64,000 bases of DNA from Vitrella brassicaformis CCMP3155 (taxonomy: Eukaryota; Protista; Chromerida), in NCBI GenBank assembly GCA_001179505.1, contig CDMY01000427.1, positions 14,556 through 78,555 of the forward strand. Direction: 5' to 3'. The translations under genes were made by a program, and so were the position numbers. Position 1 is the first letter of the stretch, and each line of letters begins with the position of its first letter. Shown one piece after another: positions 1-13,452 of this stretch. The notes beneath the pieces were generated by a model that had not been told where the DNA came from, made no database searches, and saw nothing but the letters and a program-made list of their open reading frames with translations.

Positions 1-904
1 GGGGCGAAGGGCATCGTGAGCACTTCGCAACAGCCATCACCACCACAACCACTGAGAGGGAGAAGACGACCAAGAGGCCCCTGCCGCCGCGTCTGATTCT
101 CATCCCTCAGCATCTCTGTCGTCGTCACTGCCGTCCATCCCGCCAGCTGCAGGGGAGCGCCAGTCACGGTGCGGCTTTGGGTCGCGGGCGAGCCAGGAGG
201 GGAGGGGCATCTGCAGTGGAGCGAGGACGCTCTCGAAGAGATGCTCAAGATCGTCGATCCCAAGAAACCTGACAGCCCGGTGGTAAAGCGAACAGACAGC
301 CACTGAAACAGACGGCAGACAGGCAGGCACATGGGTGGTCGTGATGTGCGTGGTGTGGATCAGGTGGGCAAGGCCTTGGTAGATGCGTGATAGCAAGTGC
401 GACGGCCACCACGAGGTGTATGGCTGGTCCCTCGCTGCTCTCCGGTATTCACGCACAGAAGACACCCCACACACCAACACCATTCCTCTGGCTAATTCTC
501 TCCTCTGTGCTGCATTGCAGAGCAATGGCGAGCGGCGAGAGGGCCTCGGCCACCACCTATGGGATGATCTCACGTGGCGCCCTCCGAATCATCCAGCGCA
601 GGCTCGCCACCGCCCTCACCACCACGCCCCCGCCCGTGGATGACGAGAGGCGGTGGGGCGGGATGCGCCTGTGTGTCGAGCATGCCATGGGGCTGCTGGG
701 CGACATCCAACAGAACTGCAGGAGGTCTCATTGCGACTCACACACATGCCAGCCACACCCATCGGCGCGTGCCTGTCAGTGCTCAACTATGATCAATCTG
801 ATCGTGTTTTGTGTTGTGCAGTCCTCGTCAGTCGAGGGTTCTCTTGATGACGGTGATGAATGTGATGCGCGATGCATACAACCGCTGCCTATATTTTATA
901 TCCT
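1..904 (+). CDS. 3' part of a multi-exon hypothetical protein (runs off the left edge)
   Basis: GT-AG-bounded segments read as protein, e.g. RAMASGERASATTYGMISRGALRIIQRRL...IQQNCR. A phase-2 join gives a last exon SPRQSRVLLMTVMNVMRDAYNRCLYFIS with TGA at 902-904. No family recognised. Confidence 0.5.
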
Positions 905-1265
905 GACGGTTGGTTAAGCGTTCTCTCTGCCTATCATCCGTGTAGACCAGGTGTGCCTGCAGATCATGTCTCTGCCGGTCTCTGCCTATCTCTGCCTACA
1001 TTTTATGTATATCCTGACGATCCGTTAACCGTAGCTCCCTCTCTCTTCCTCTCTGCCTACGTAGTGGCAACGACAGGCTGCATATCACGAAGGTGGTCAC
1101 TGATGGTGCGGAACTCCTTGAAGCTCGGACTTGCATTGCCACCACTGAGTCGATCCTCCCCACGCACAGCCAGCACTAGCTGTCAGGTCTTGGCATACAA
1201 CACACTGAAAAACCGACCAGCAGAGGCACTCATCAGTACGTGCAGTCTCTCACACGGACATCATG

Positions 1266-2192
1266 CTATGTGTCCACAGATTGGGCAGTGGATGCACGAG
1301 TGATCTTGACGTCAAACAAAGGCCTGAAGCCAACAACACGCACTTAACACATGTCGGGGACGTTCAGCCACCTCAGTCGTCTGCTCACTTGTCTGTGGCC
1401 GATGTCTTGACGTTGCCCATCTTCTGCACACACAAAGAAAGGGCCGTCCTCCGCGCCCTGGACTTACGCTATGGCTTACTTACCTGGACGACGCTCATGC
1501 CCTTGCACACGCGCCCAAAGATGGAGTGCTTGCCTACCAGGCAGCAACCCAACGCACACACGAATGCAGGAATGCCGCTGCAGTCAGCCTCGGTGCGCGT
1601 GTGTATACCGTCAAGGAAGGGGCATGGCGCCAGGGTGATGAAGAACTGACTCTTGTTGGTGTTCGGACCTGAATTGGCCATCGACACAATGCCCTGCACA
1701 CACATACACCGATGACCGACAGCTCCTCACGGTGCTGGCATGCTCACCGCCCCTGTGTGCCTCAGCTGTGGGTGGATTTCGTCTTCGAAAGCGCCGCCAT
1801 AGATTGACTCCCCTCCCCTCCCCGTCCCAGTGGGATCACCACCCTGGATCATGAAATCCTGACCAGCGCAACACGCAGCCAGATACACCAGACCCCTTCA
1901 CATACAGCTGTGTGGCTGCCTCACCCTGATGATTCGATGGAAGATGGTGTTGTCATAGTAGCCCCTCGACGCCAGGCCAGCAAAGTTGGCGCACGTCCGT
2001 GGCGCATGCTTCCAGTACAGCTCTATCTCGATGTCACCCTGAACAGAGAGGTAATCAAGCACCAGCGAGAATCAAACAGTTGCCGAGTGCTTTGTTGATA
2101 CACTTGCTGGTGCGTTTCCTTCCTTACGTCATCATGGCACCTACCATGCTTGTGACGAGCAGCACATTCCCGCTGCCTTCCTCTTGTTCCAT
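1266..2192 (-). CDS. PPIL1: Cyclophilin-type peptidyl-prolyl isomerase, PPIL1-like (spliceosomal)
   Basis: The spliced exons read [16 protein letters not shown]|[38 protein letters not shown]|[37 protein letters not shown]|[29 protein letters not shown]|[16 protein letters not shown]|[12 protein letters not shown]|[26 protein letters not shown] is the PPIL1-type motif. Confidence 0.93.
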
Positions 2193-2357
2193 CGAATCAA
2201 TGATCTTCCGCCAAACACACAGATCAATGCAATACGGACAAGGACCTCTGCAGGCACACCTTTGTCACGTGGTTTCCTTTTTTTTTTGAAGAGCTGCGAG
2301 CTCAGCTTCGTCGACCCTCTAAGCTCGCACACTGATGGACGAGATCTGAGCATTATC
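2193..2357. promoter_or_regulatory. Putative bidirectional promoter with TGCGAGCT (2295), AGCTCGCA (2322) and AGATCT (2342)
   Basis: 165 bp between divergent start codons. The same motifs recur in other divergent spacers. Confidence 0.55.
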
Positions 2358-5300
2358 ATGGCTACATTCCTGCGCAGCTGTCGCCCCAGTGGCGGCCTGA
2401 TCAATTCCAACTTGACGCGGCACTCAAGACGATGCATGGCATCGACTTATACGGCCGTGACGCGTCGGCGGGAGAAGGAGACCGCCCAGCAGATGGAAGG
2501 CGACAAGGGCAGGCAACAGCGGCTCCTTGAGGATCTCGAGAGGGACAAGCAGATACAGAGGCAGGCGGCCGCAAGAGCAGCTCCGATGGGCGGCAAGGGG
2601 GTTGTGGCGAGCGAGGCCTTCCGCAAGAAGGCTGCACGGGTCGGCCGCATGGGCACCGGTCAGCTGCTGGACTTCCTGGGCGAGACTTCAAGAGCCAAAG
2701 TGGCCGACCCTGTGGTTTGGGAGCGGATCATCGAACATATCGGTCTTCACCACCGGCAGCAGGGCATTGCCACCACGGAGGGAGAAAGGCCAACAGTCGG
2801 AGAGGAGGCAGAGGCGGAAGAAGAGATCGAGGGGGAAGAGCCGTCGGCCCAGAGGTTTGCGTTGAGTGTGGATGTGGAGGACGGCTTCGTCGGCCAGCTG
2901 CGGCAGCTCTCTCACGAGCAGTTCATCTCGATGCTCGAAGCCCTCAACTCAACCACCGCCTTCGTCGCAATGGACCCCCGGCTGTCGGCACTGATCAGCA
3001 AGGCCTTCTGCGAGCGGCCGTTCGAGCACAGTGATCTTCGCCATCTATCCAACGTGGTGTGTTTTGTCCCGCTGCGGCAAGATGCATGCCGCCGAGAAAT
3101 GATGCAGTACCTAGGGCAGCTGTTCCGCAAGGGCCGCTACAGGAAACGGCTTATGGATGACCAGCTGTATGTCAAGACGGCCATTGCACTGCTGCCGTGC
3201 CTCAACTCACATCTGCTGTCGGCATTCCTGAGGACAGTGGGGCCTTCCTCTTACCCCTCTGCAGTCATGGCGATGGGCGGCGACGATCTGCGGCTCATCC
3301 TGCGGGCGCTGTCGACCTTCAAAGTGCGGGATGGGTCGCTGGTCAGTGCTGTCGCGCATGCCGTCAGTGTGCAGCCTCAGAGGTGAGCCAATGAGTGCAC
3401 GGAAAACGTCCGTGATTCAGCTGTATGTCATCTCGTCTTTGTTTCTCTCAGGTTTGGCTCACCTGTCAATCTGACCGGTCTTGCCACAGGTGAGCGGATC
3501 ATCATCCGCAGTATGCAGAGGCACTCTTGTGGCCCCCTTTTCCTTGTGTGTGTACAGATTTCCTCGACTGTCGGTTGATGGAGCCCGGAGTGCCCTCGCC
3601 GATCGACCAGCTGCTGGCAGAGATCAGGTGCCGATACTTGAATAGCTGAATTCACTCCGTATGCGTTGGATTATGTCATGTCAGGCGCCAGGCCCCCTCC
3701 TACAACTTGCAGGATCTGACCATCGTCGCAGGTGGGTTTCCAGCGAAGAAGACGCAGAATGACATCGGAAGATAGACCACAATGTGATTGCCTGGGTTCA
3801 GGAGGGTTGGCTCGGGCGCCGTGGGGTGGCTTGTCCGAGAAGCATGGCCTGCGGCTGACAGTGGACACTCTACGGGGACGATGTCGCGATCTCATAGGTA
3901 CCGGCGAAGATGAAGCAAAGCCAAACGACCAGGTCAGTGGCAGACTCAAGAGTACCAGCTCTCGACTCGTGTGCATCTGTCCTCTGTCTGTCCCCCAGTT
4001 GCTGGCCCTGTTGTCATCCTTCGCTGCCTTCGAGTGGATCCCCGACGGCGCCACGCCACTCCCGACATCGGCCGACCTCCCCGTCACACCATGCTACAAG
4101 TCCACACGAGGCGAACAGACGCTGACTGACACCCTTGCCCAGGCAGCCAAGAAGGCCCTTCTCTCACCCCCAAGTGAACAGGGAGAGGGATCAGCGGAGG
4201 ACCGGTCGGCTGCATTCATGGCCCTGTCAGCCACCCTGCAAACCGCCCTCCACTCGTCCTCCCAGACCATCTCAGCCCTGGTTGACGAGCTTCGGCCGTT
4301 CCTGTCATCTCAGGCCGGGCAGGCATATGAGGAGGCATCCTTCAAGACCCTCCTGGAGCACTGCAGCCACACTCTACTTTCGGCTACGGCAGAGTATGTC
4401 GGCAGAGCAACGAGAGACCCATCCAGCGCGGCTAGTAGCTATCATGCTGCCCTCAACGGAGCCGCGGAGACCTTGCGAGTGGTGCGGCTGTTCCTATCGG
4501 TCCCTCTGGCCAGACAGACCTTCGATGTGGCCGTGTCTTCCTTCCGCGCCCTGGCCGTTGCGTCCCACTGCACCACATCCATCCAACCCCATCTTGAGGA
4601 CCACCAAGAGGCTAAGAAACGGCTTGATGGGCTCCGGCAGCAGGCCGATGACACAACGGCGGCCCTCGACAAGGCCTTATCTTCACTGCTGACATCGCCA
4701 GATGTTGCGGTGGAGGTGACACCCGGCGACCTGACGGCCCTCGCTTCCCTGCCGTGTCCCACCACGTTTGCGGTGGTCGTCCGCCGTCTGCAGAAGGACC
4801 TCATCCCCCAGCTGACCCTCTCGGAGGCCCCCCTGTTCGTGCGGCTGTTCGCTCTCGCCCAGCTGGGCCACATGCCCCTCTCTCTCCCGGCCACTGCACC
4901 CATCACCGTTGGTGGTGATGAGGTGGTCGAGACCTCACCACCAGCAGCGACTGCTACAGCCCCTGCAGGCGAATCATTTACGTCGCATTTCGGTCCGGCG
5001 AAAGGCGCATCTTCCGAGGCACCGGCAGCTGCTCGTCAGGCTATCTCGGGTGGTGGCCCCAGGGGCACTCTGGAGGGCTTCGAATCCCTCAGCCGCCGCA
5101 AGCTGGCGACCGGCGCCCCTTCACTACTGGAGGAGCGGCCACTAACGCGTGAGGAGGAGATCGCGAGCCTGGAATGGATGGAGGGGCTGCTTGATGACGC
5201 GCAGCCGTCGCTCTCGACCCACCCCTTCGGCCATGGGGTGCGTCTCTACGACGAGCTGATGATTCATGCCGGCCACAACGGCACGGAGCCCGACAGCCCC

Positions 5301-5636
5301 CTCCCTGAAGACACGGTGGACCGGGACGAGGCAAGGAGGCGGCTGCGGTCATTGGCGTGTTTCGTGACGCTGCATGCCGACCCCATGCACACCGGGCAGC
5401 CTTCCCAGGGGGCCGTCGACCACCTCACTGAGTCGATCAAGACGCAACAGGCCAAGAAACAGCTGGAAGGAAAGACCGCGGGCGAGCAGGCAGAAAGAGG
5501 CGAAGGCGATCCGCCGTCTGTACGTGCGGTGATGCCCTCGGCTGGTCGGGACGAGGCGGGGCCCTCGGTAACTGCTCGACATGTGCCGTGGGACTTGCTG
5601 AAGAAGAGAAGGCCGTCTGTGCGGCTGCAGGAGTGA
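2358..5636 (+). CDS. Large helical-repeat protein, possibly OPR/HPR/FASTK-RAP-like, with a mitochondrial-presequence-like N-terminus
   Basis: ORFs 2184-3386 and 3732-5636 are linked by short GT-AG exons. The N-terminus MATFLRSCRPSGGLINSNLTRHSRRC is R/S-rich with no acidic residues. Amphipathic repeats such as DLRLILRALSTFKVRDGSLVSAVAHAV are present. The family label is tentative. Confidence 0.65.
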
Positions 5637-5862
5637 GGAGCCAGTGGCCCAAGGTGCTGTATTGATGTGTGTATTGATGTGTCTGTGAGGTTTGCGAGAT
5701 GGCTGGCCGTTGTCGATTTGTGCAAGTCGTATGTGAGCAAGACAGATGGACGACAGGTCGATGGACATCCCATGTGTACATCACATCGTATAAATGGTCT
5801 TTCCAGTTGTCTGTCTGTATACACACAGTCGGCTCACACGCACATCCACAGGCACACACGCG

Positions 5863-8238
5863 TCATACAGTCCGTCTCTCCTTCTGACATGGTCGCTCTC
5901 GACGGCATTTGAGCCGCAACCAGACATGCAGCAGAGTCATGTCGAAAGCATCACCCCTCGTGTTGCTGAGGTGATACATCATGAACCCCCTCACCTCATG
6001 AAGCATCCTCTGCTTGGCTCGAATCTCCCTCTCGCTCATCGCATTCAGCACATCGAACGTTTGATGCGACTCCTTCTTCGGAATGATCACAGCAAAGGAT
6101 GTCCAGTCGAAGAAACAGCTGTGTGGCAGCCAGTATGAGTCAGCGATGACCACGGGGATGCATAAGTACCACAGAAGACTGCATTAAGCGGGGGCTGAAC
6201 ACTCGCGAGCCGGCAGGGCACAAGCAGAATGTGCTCTCGCGGTTGTACTGCGAGTATCTCGCCCTCGAGACACGGCCGCTGACAATCCTCGTGGCATTCT
6301 TTCGCTTCGCCGCTGACGGCTCATCGGATGCATTGGGCTCGAATGACGCAAAGACGGCAGAGCGAAGGTTCCCTCTACCCCCGCCCTTCCTACCAGCACG
6401 GCCTGACGACAGGGGACACATGCAGGAGAAGCATCTGTAGGTGTGTGTATTGTGTCTCTCATATTGTCATGTGTTTCACCTGCAAAGAAGGCGAAGATTG
6501 GCCGATGGCCTAATTGCAGCCCTCGACTCGCCTTGCCCACCAGCTTGGCCATCTTGGTCCTCACGGCACTGTCCTGCCTTGACAGCGTCAAAGGGACCCG
6601 CTGCACTGCCTGAGCTCTATCACAGGCGAGGAACTGCTCGAAAGCAGCGAGAAAGGGCCCGTGAGAGGCAAATGAGAGGTTGGACGCATTGGGGAAGGAG
6701 AAGATGAAGCTGGCGATGCTGTTGCCATCCGTGTACTTCACCCAGCGTGCGACCTTGGGTGGGAGGTCATCTTTCGGGTTGCTTTGTAGGGGCAAACTCA
6801 ATGCGAAATTCGCGTTTTCTGCAAACAGAGAAGAATGAAGATACAGATGAACCAAATTGACTTTGTCTGATAAGTTCGCTTTACGTATGTCGACAGAGCA
6901 CGGCGCAGAGACATCATTGGCTACGGAAAAAGCGTATGGCGTGGCAGGCTTGACTGGAGCAGTCCGATTGAAGAGCGCAGCCAACACCGAAGGTGTGATC
7001 GACGACGGCATAGGGTCGTTGTGTCTCGAGTCGTTGCGAACACGTATGCGGTGGTTGTCCTTTGGGTCGCGATGCATGGAGCCTCCGTCGCAAGCTTTGG
7101 GTGAGCGATCGACGCATACTCACCTTTCCCGCCGTCATGCGAAGATACCCAGAAGTGTGGCCGCGAATCTGACACGCAGACAGACAATGATAAGGCATTT
7201 CTCCTGGCAGAGGCATACCGTTGAAATAGGGGTATCTGGTCGATATCCAGGCGACAAGCATGGCGACCATTGTAGACACAATCAAGGCCTCTGTAATGCC
7301 GGCCTTTGAGGCCGTGAACCTGGGACGCCGCCTGTGTGCCCTTCATGCGCTTTCTCGCCTTCTGCGCCGACTTGGACCACTGAGATGTGAAAATGGGAAG
7401 AAAGAAGGCGTCGGCTTCTTCAGGGCGCTTCGTCGCGTAGACAGATCGCTGCATCTGATACCACACGACACTGCAAGGATTGAAGGGATAGGAAGTCGCC
7501 CATTTGTGTATCTCTGACTTCTGCGTAACTCTCCACACCATAAGCGCTATTCGTGTCTGCTCTTTGGCACCATGTGCAGAGGTAAAGGAGAACAGCAATC
7601 CATTCACAGCACGCACACGCCTCCTTGCTTTCCTCACCTTTCTTGACCATGACCTTTCCCGAGAGCATTGGCGGCAGCTTCAGCCGTATAATCGCCGACT
7701 CGTTGTGAACACGCCGTTGGACAGCATCCAACTCCGCATTGGTTGGAATCGGATACTGATACACCCTGAATGACTCCCGCATATCATCGATGACCTCCTT
7801 CACCGCACATAGAGCCAGCACATACTCAGGGTCGGCCAGGCTCGTCCCGTAGTGAGTGGTCCTGTCGATGAAGTCCTCAAGAATGGTCTCCGCCCGGCTG
7901 GACCGCAGCAGACACTCACACTTGTCACATAGATACTTGCTGAAGTACTCGCCGTAATGAAACGGCCGTCGCTTCTGCTGACGGTACGGCCATAATTGGG
8001 AGAGATGGTGGCTTCTGTGCTGGATGTTTGGGACAGTTCCAGCAGGTGCATCTTGTGAAGTAGCTGACAAGGGCGATGTGATGCTCAGAAGTGTCCCAAC
8101 CACCTGAAAACTTACCACAAAAGAAGAGAGCTTGTCCGAGCACCTTGGATGGTCAGTCTGCCTTTTGGATGGTTTCTTAACAGTGTGACGAAGCATGCGA
8201 GTGTCGGTAGCGTCGGCAGGATGACAACCGTCCTCCAC
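5863..8238 (-). CDS. Exostosin-family (GT47) glycosyltransferase with an apparent +1 frameshift near 6175
   Basis: GT47-type motifs: VYATKRPEEADAFFLP, RPHFWVSSHDGG, FSVANDVSAP, STFCLCPAGSRVFSPRLMQS and CIPVVIADSYWLP...DWTSFAV. Basic N-terminus followed by a hydrophobic stretch (type II anchor). Start codon uncertain (8196 or 8238). Confidence 0.8.
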
Positions 8239-8705
8239 AAGCCACCATCTTCGGCAGGATCCTTAATAAGCTCCGTCGTTCCAGCAGCTGATGACGAGGG
8301 CATATTCTTGCTGTTGTTTTCTGCTGACGAATCGTGTAAGTACGTGCCTCCCTCGTCCATCCATAGAAGCAATCAAACACCAAAGATATTCATTCCGCGC
8401 AACAAACACTCCGATCGCTGCGAGCTTTGAGATTGCCAGATGGAGCCGAACGGCGTTGGCGGAGGTGAGGAGGGGTCGGAAATGGGAAGCAAAGCAGCCA
8501 TCGAGCCATACGTGTGTGGGATCTTCCAAAATATGTGGCGTCTGTTTATGTCCTGTCAGGCACAGCGCGATGGAGGTCGTATGAGTCCCGGCTGAGAGAA
8601 GAAGATCAACAAGGGCCCTATCATCGGTACACAGTATGAAAACTGCTCACATCCTTTCGCTGGTCGTCGAGGTCTCTGTGTCCCTCCCTCACAGGCAGCT
8701 GACAA

Positions 8706-10184
8706 ATGATGATTTGGCTGCTGCGGTGGTGGACGTCTGGCTTCTCTTATCGGCGAGTGGCCGACCACCGTCAGCTGCTGTCGACATCCACTGAGGAGGA
8801 TGACTCCAGCACTCAGCTATCCGTCGTCATCGGTGGTGCTGGTGCTGACCAAGGGCTTCCTGCCGACGTCTTTGCCCGTGTGGTCATCCCTCTCCTGCCT
8901 GTCGACGATGCCGTGAGGCTTCGGGCGGTCGGCAAGGCTTACGGCGCTCAGCTGATCGATGAGGCGTTCCTTCTCAGTCGCATCAACAGCTGCCTGGCCC
9001 AGCAGCAGCTGACCGGCCTCATCGATGTGGAGAGGGACCGCGGCGCCGACCCCTCGGCCCCTCCCCTCCCACCATCCCTCTCGCGAATTGGGTATCTCGC
9101 TCGGTGTGCCTACGTCATCGAGCGGGCGGCTGAGTGGCGCCATATGGCCACATTTATCAGGGTGGCAGGTGCCTGCGGTGTGGCTGGCCAGCTGCCTGTG
9201 GTGCTGTCGGCTGAGACTGTGGCGGCTCATGTGCCCGACAAGGCGACTTTCCATCGGCTGCCTGCCACCATGGCCGTCTACAAGACACTTGGAGATCTGC
9301 TGGGCAGTGGCGCTGACAACGGCAGCCAACAGCTGCAGCTGACCGACGGCGGCAGACGGGAGATCGATGTCTTTGTCGTGCCCACTAACATGCTGCTTCG
9401 AGTCGTGCACTTGGCTTCCTACTTTATCTATCTGCTGGCGCTCGGTTGGGCTGTCGTGCACGGGGTGCAATTCTTGGCGTGCGTCATCGTAGATGCCCTT
9501 GATCACCTGGAGAGGCTGGACATTACATATCGTGTCGTCTGCCAAACCGGTATAGTGATCTTCTCTATGTTCCTGGGCGGGCTTATCGGCGTGTTGATCC
9601 GGAGAGTGACAAAAGCAATTTGGGTGTGGGTCCATGCGAGAAAGAGGATGGTCCAGCACTATGACGTCGGTGAGAGGACGCTTCGCATCATCGGCCGAGA
9701 TGAGATGTTCTGCTTTTGCTCCTTCCTATGGCGGTGCTCTTCGACACACGGCGACCCGCCCATCCAAGCCTGGGTGGACATCTTCCCCACATTCAGCTCC
9801 TTTGCACTGCACACGCTGCTCGGTGCGCCATCCTCCAGCCTGAGGTTTGTGCTCAAGGCCACGGTGAGCGGAAGGCATGCCGGCTATCGTCGTCTCCGTA
9901 CTGACAACTTGAGCAGCGGCCGAAGGGATGTCGTCGTTATCGACTGGCGGTGGGACTTCAAGTTCTGGGAAGCAATCCGTATGGTGGTGCTGTTGGTCGG
10001 TGGCGGCTCTGTGGCGGCATCCGTGCTCCTCAGTGATGGCGGGCGCATAATGGTCGGAACCACCGAGGTGGCAGTGGCGGATGGATATGTCGACGAGGAC
10101 TTCCCTGCCACCACAGCTGCCGTGCGAGAGCTGCTGCGGCCATATGGTCTGGGAGATTTGACGTTCCGCCCGTGGTATTGGTGA
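8706..10184 (+). CDS. Intronless 492-aa member of a lineage-expanded F-box-like family, with an internal hydrophobic insert
   Basis: Single ORF. F-box-like LPADVFARVVIPLLPVDDAVRLRAV. Aligns by eye with the 47787-49094 gene (W..MA..I..A...G..QLP..L.A...K....P...A..K..G; DPP; TTE...FP.TT). Confidence 0.75.
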   Translation: MMIWLLRWWTSGFSYRRVADHRQLLSTSTEEDDSSTQLSVVIGGAGADQGLPADVFARVVIPLLPVDDAVRLRAVGKAYGAQLIDEAFLLSRINSCLAQQQLTGLIDVERDRGADPSAPPLPPSLSRIGYLARCAYVIERAAEWRHMATFIRVAGACGVAGQLPVVLSAETVAAHVPDKATFHRLPATMAVYKTLGDLLGSGADNGSQQLQLTDGGRREIDVFVVPTNMLLRVVHLASYFIYLLALGWAVVHGVQFLACVIVDALDHLERLDITYRVVCQTGIVIFSMFLGGLIGVLIRRVTKAIWVWVHARKRMVQHYDVGERTLRIIGRDEMFCFCSFLWRCSSTHGDPPIQAWVDIFPTFSSFALHTLLGAPSSSLRFVLKATVSGRHAGYRRLRTDNLSSGRRDVVVIDWRWDFKFWEAIRMVVLLVGGGSVAASVLLSDGGRIMVGTTEVAVADGYVDEDFPATTAAVRELLRPYGLGDLTFRPWYW

Positions 10185-10907
10185 CGGACCTCGCTTGCTT
10201 TGCCTTATTGCGACTGCTCTAGCGAACCAAGGTCTCACTCGGTGTGTCAGCGAGACGACATCTGGTGGGTGGAAGGACGGTAGCAAGCACAATATTCGAC
10301 GACGTGTATCGTTATTGATGGAACACATGGATGGGGTCATTCCGACAGGCACTCATGGACTCGCATGCAGACAGACATGAAGTGAAAAACCAAAGTCATC
10401 ACCCCCCCCTCCCTCTCCACTCTGACCAATCTCTCTCGGACTCATCCATCTCTCCGTGAGGTGTGGGCGTCATGGATGTGAGGTATGCTGCGCACTGAAC
10501 CGATTCCGGTCAGTGAGTGTCATACATCGCCGTACACAGCCGCCTAGCCCTTCCTTCTCATCCTCTTGTCTGCCTGTCTGTCGGATGACTCGCATGTCCC
10601 GATCGGGAAAGCCAGCCATGCGTCTTCTTCTCTCAAAATCTCCACTTCATGCGCCAGGCCAACCACACACACACACACACACACACGCGCGCACAAGCAC
10701 ATCCACGCAACACAAGTCAAGTACAGGCGAAGACACACGAGAGACGGCAGGCAGGCAGCTGCATCGTGCGCACCACATGCTCTCGTCGGCCGTCAGGGGC
10801 CACGATTGACTGGTCGAGTCGATCATTCGCAGAGCCCAACGACGTCGATCTCCAGTGGTGATCACTCAGCAACGCCCGCCCGCCCGCCCGGAGCGGGTTC
10901 CATGCAT

Positions 10908-13261
<2,354 letters not shown>

Positions 13262-13452
13262 CGTCGAGCAGAACGAGAACAGAAAAGGGCGGAGCTGTCA
13301 ACAAAAGAGCCGCTTGCCGCGTGTTCATTCGATGCCCTAACTCACTTTTGGGTCGACTCAGAGCTTGCAAAGGGTTTGCGAGCTGTAGCTGCGAGAGTGG
13401 ACAGAAGAGGCGGAGGGCTTTGGGTGTTTGAAAGGACTGCCAGGTCACCACC
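13262..13452. promoter_or_regulatory. Putative bidirectional promoter (GAPDH / cathepsin-like) with TGCGAGCT (13377) and variants
   Basis: 191 bp between divergent ATGs. Contains agcttgca (13362), tgcgagct (13377) and tgcgagag (13390). Confidence 0.55.
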
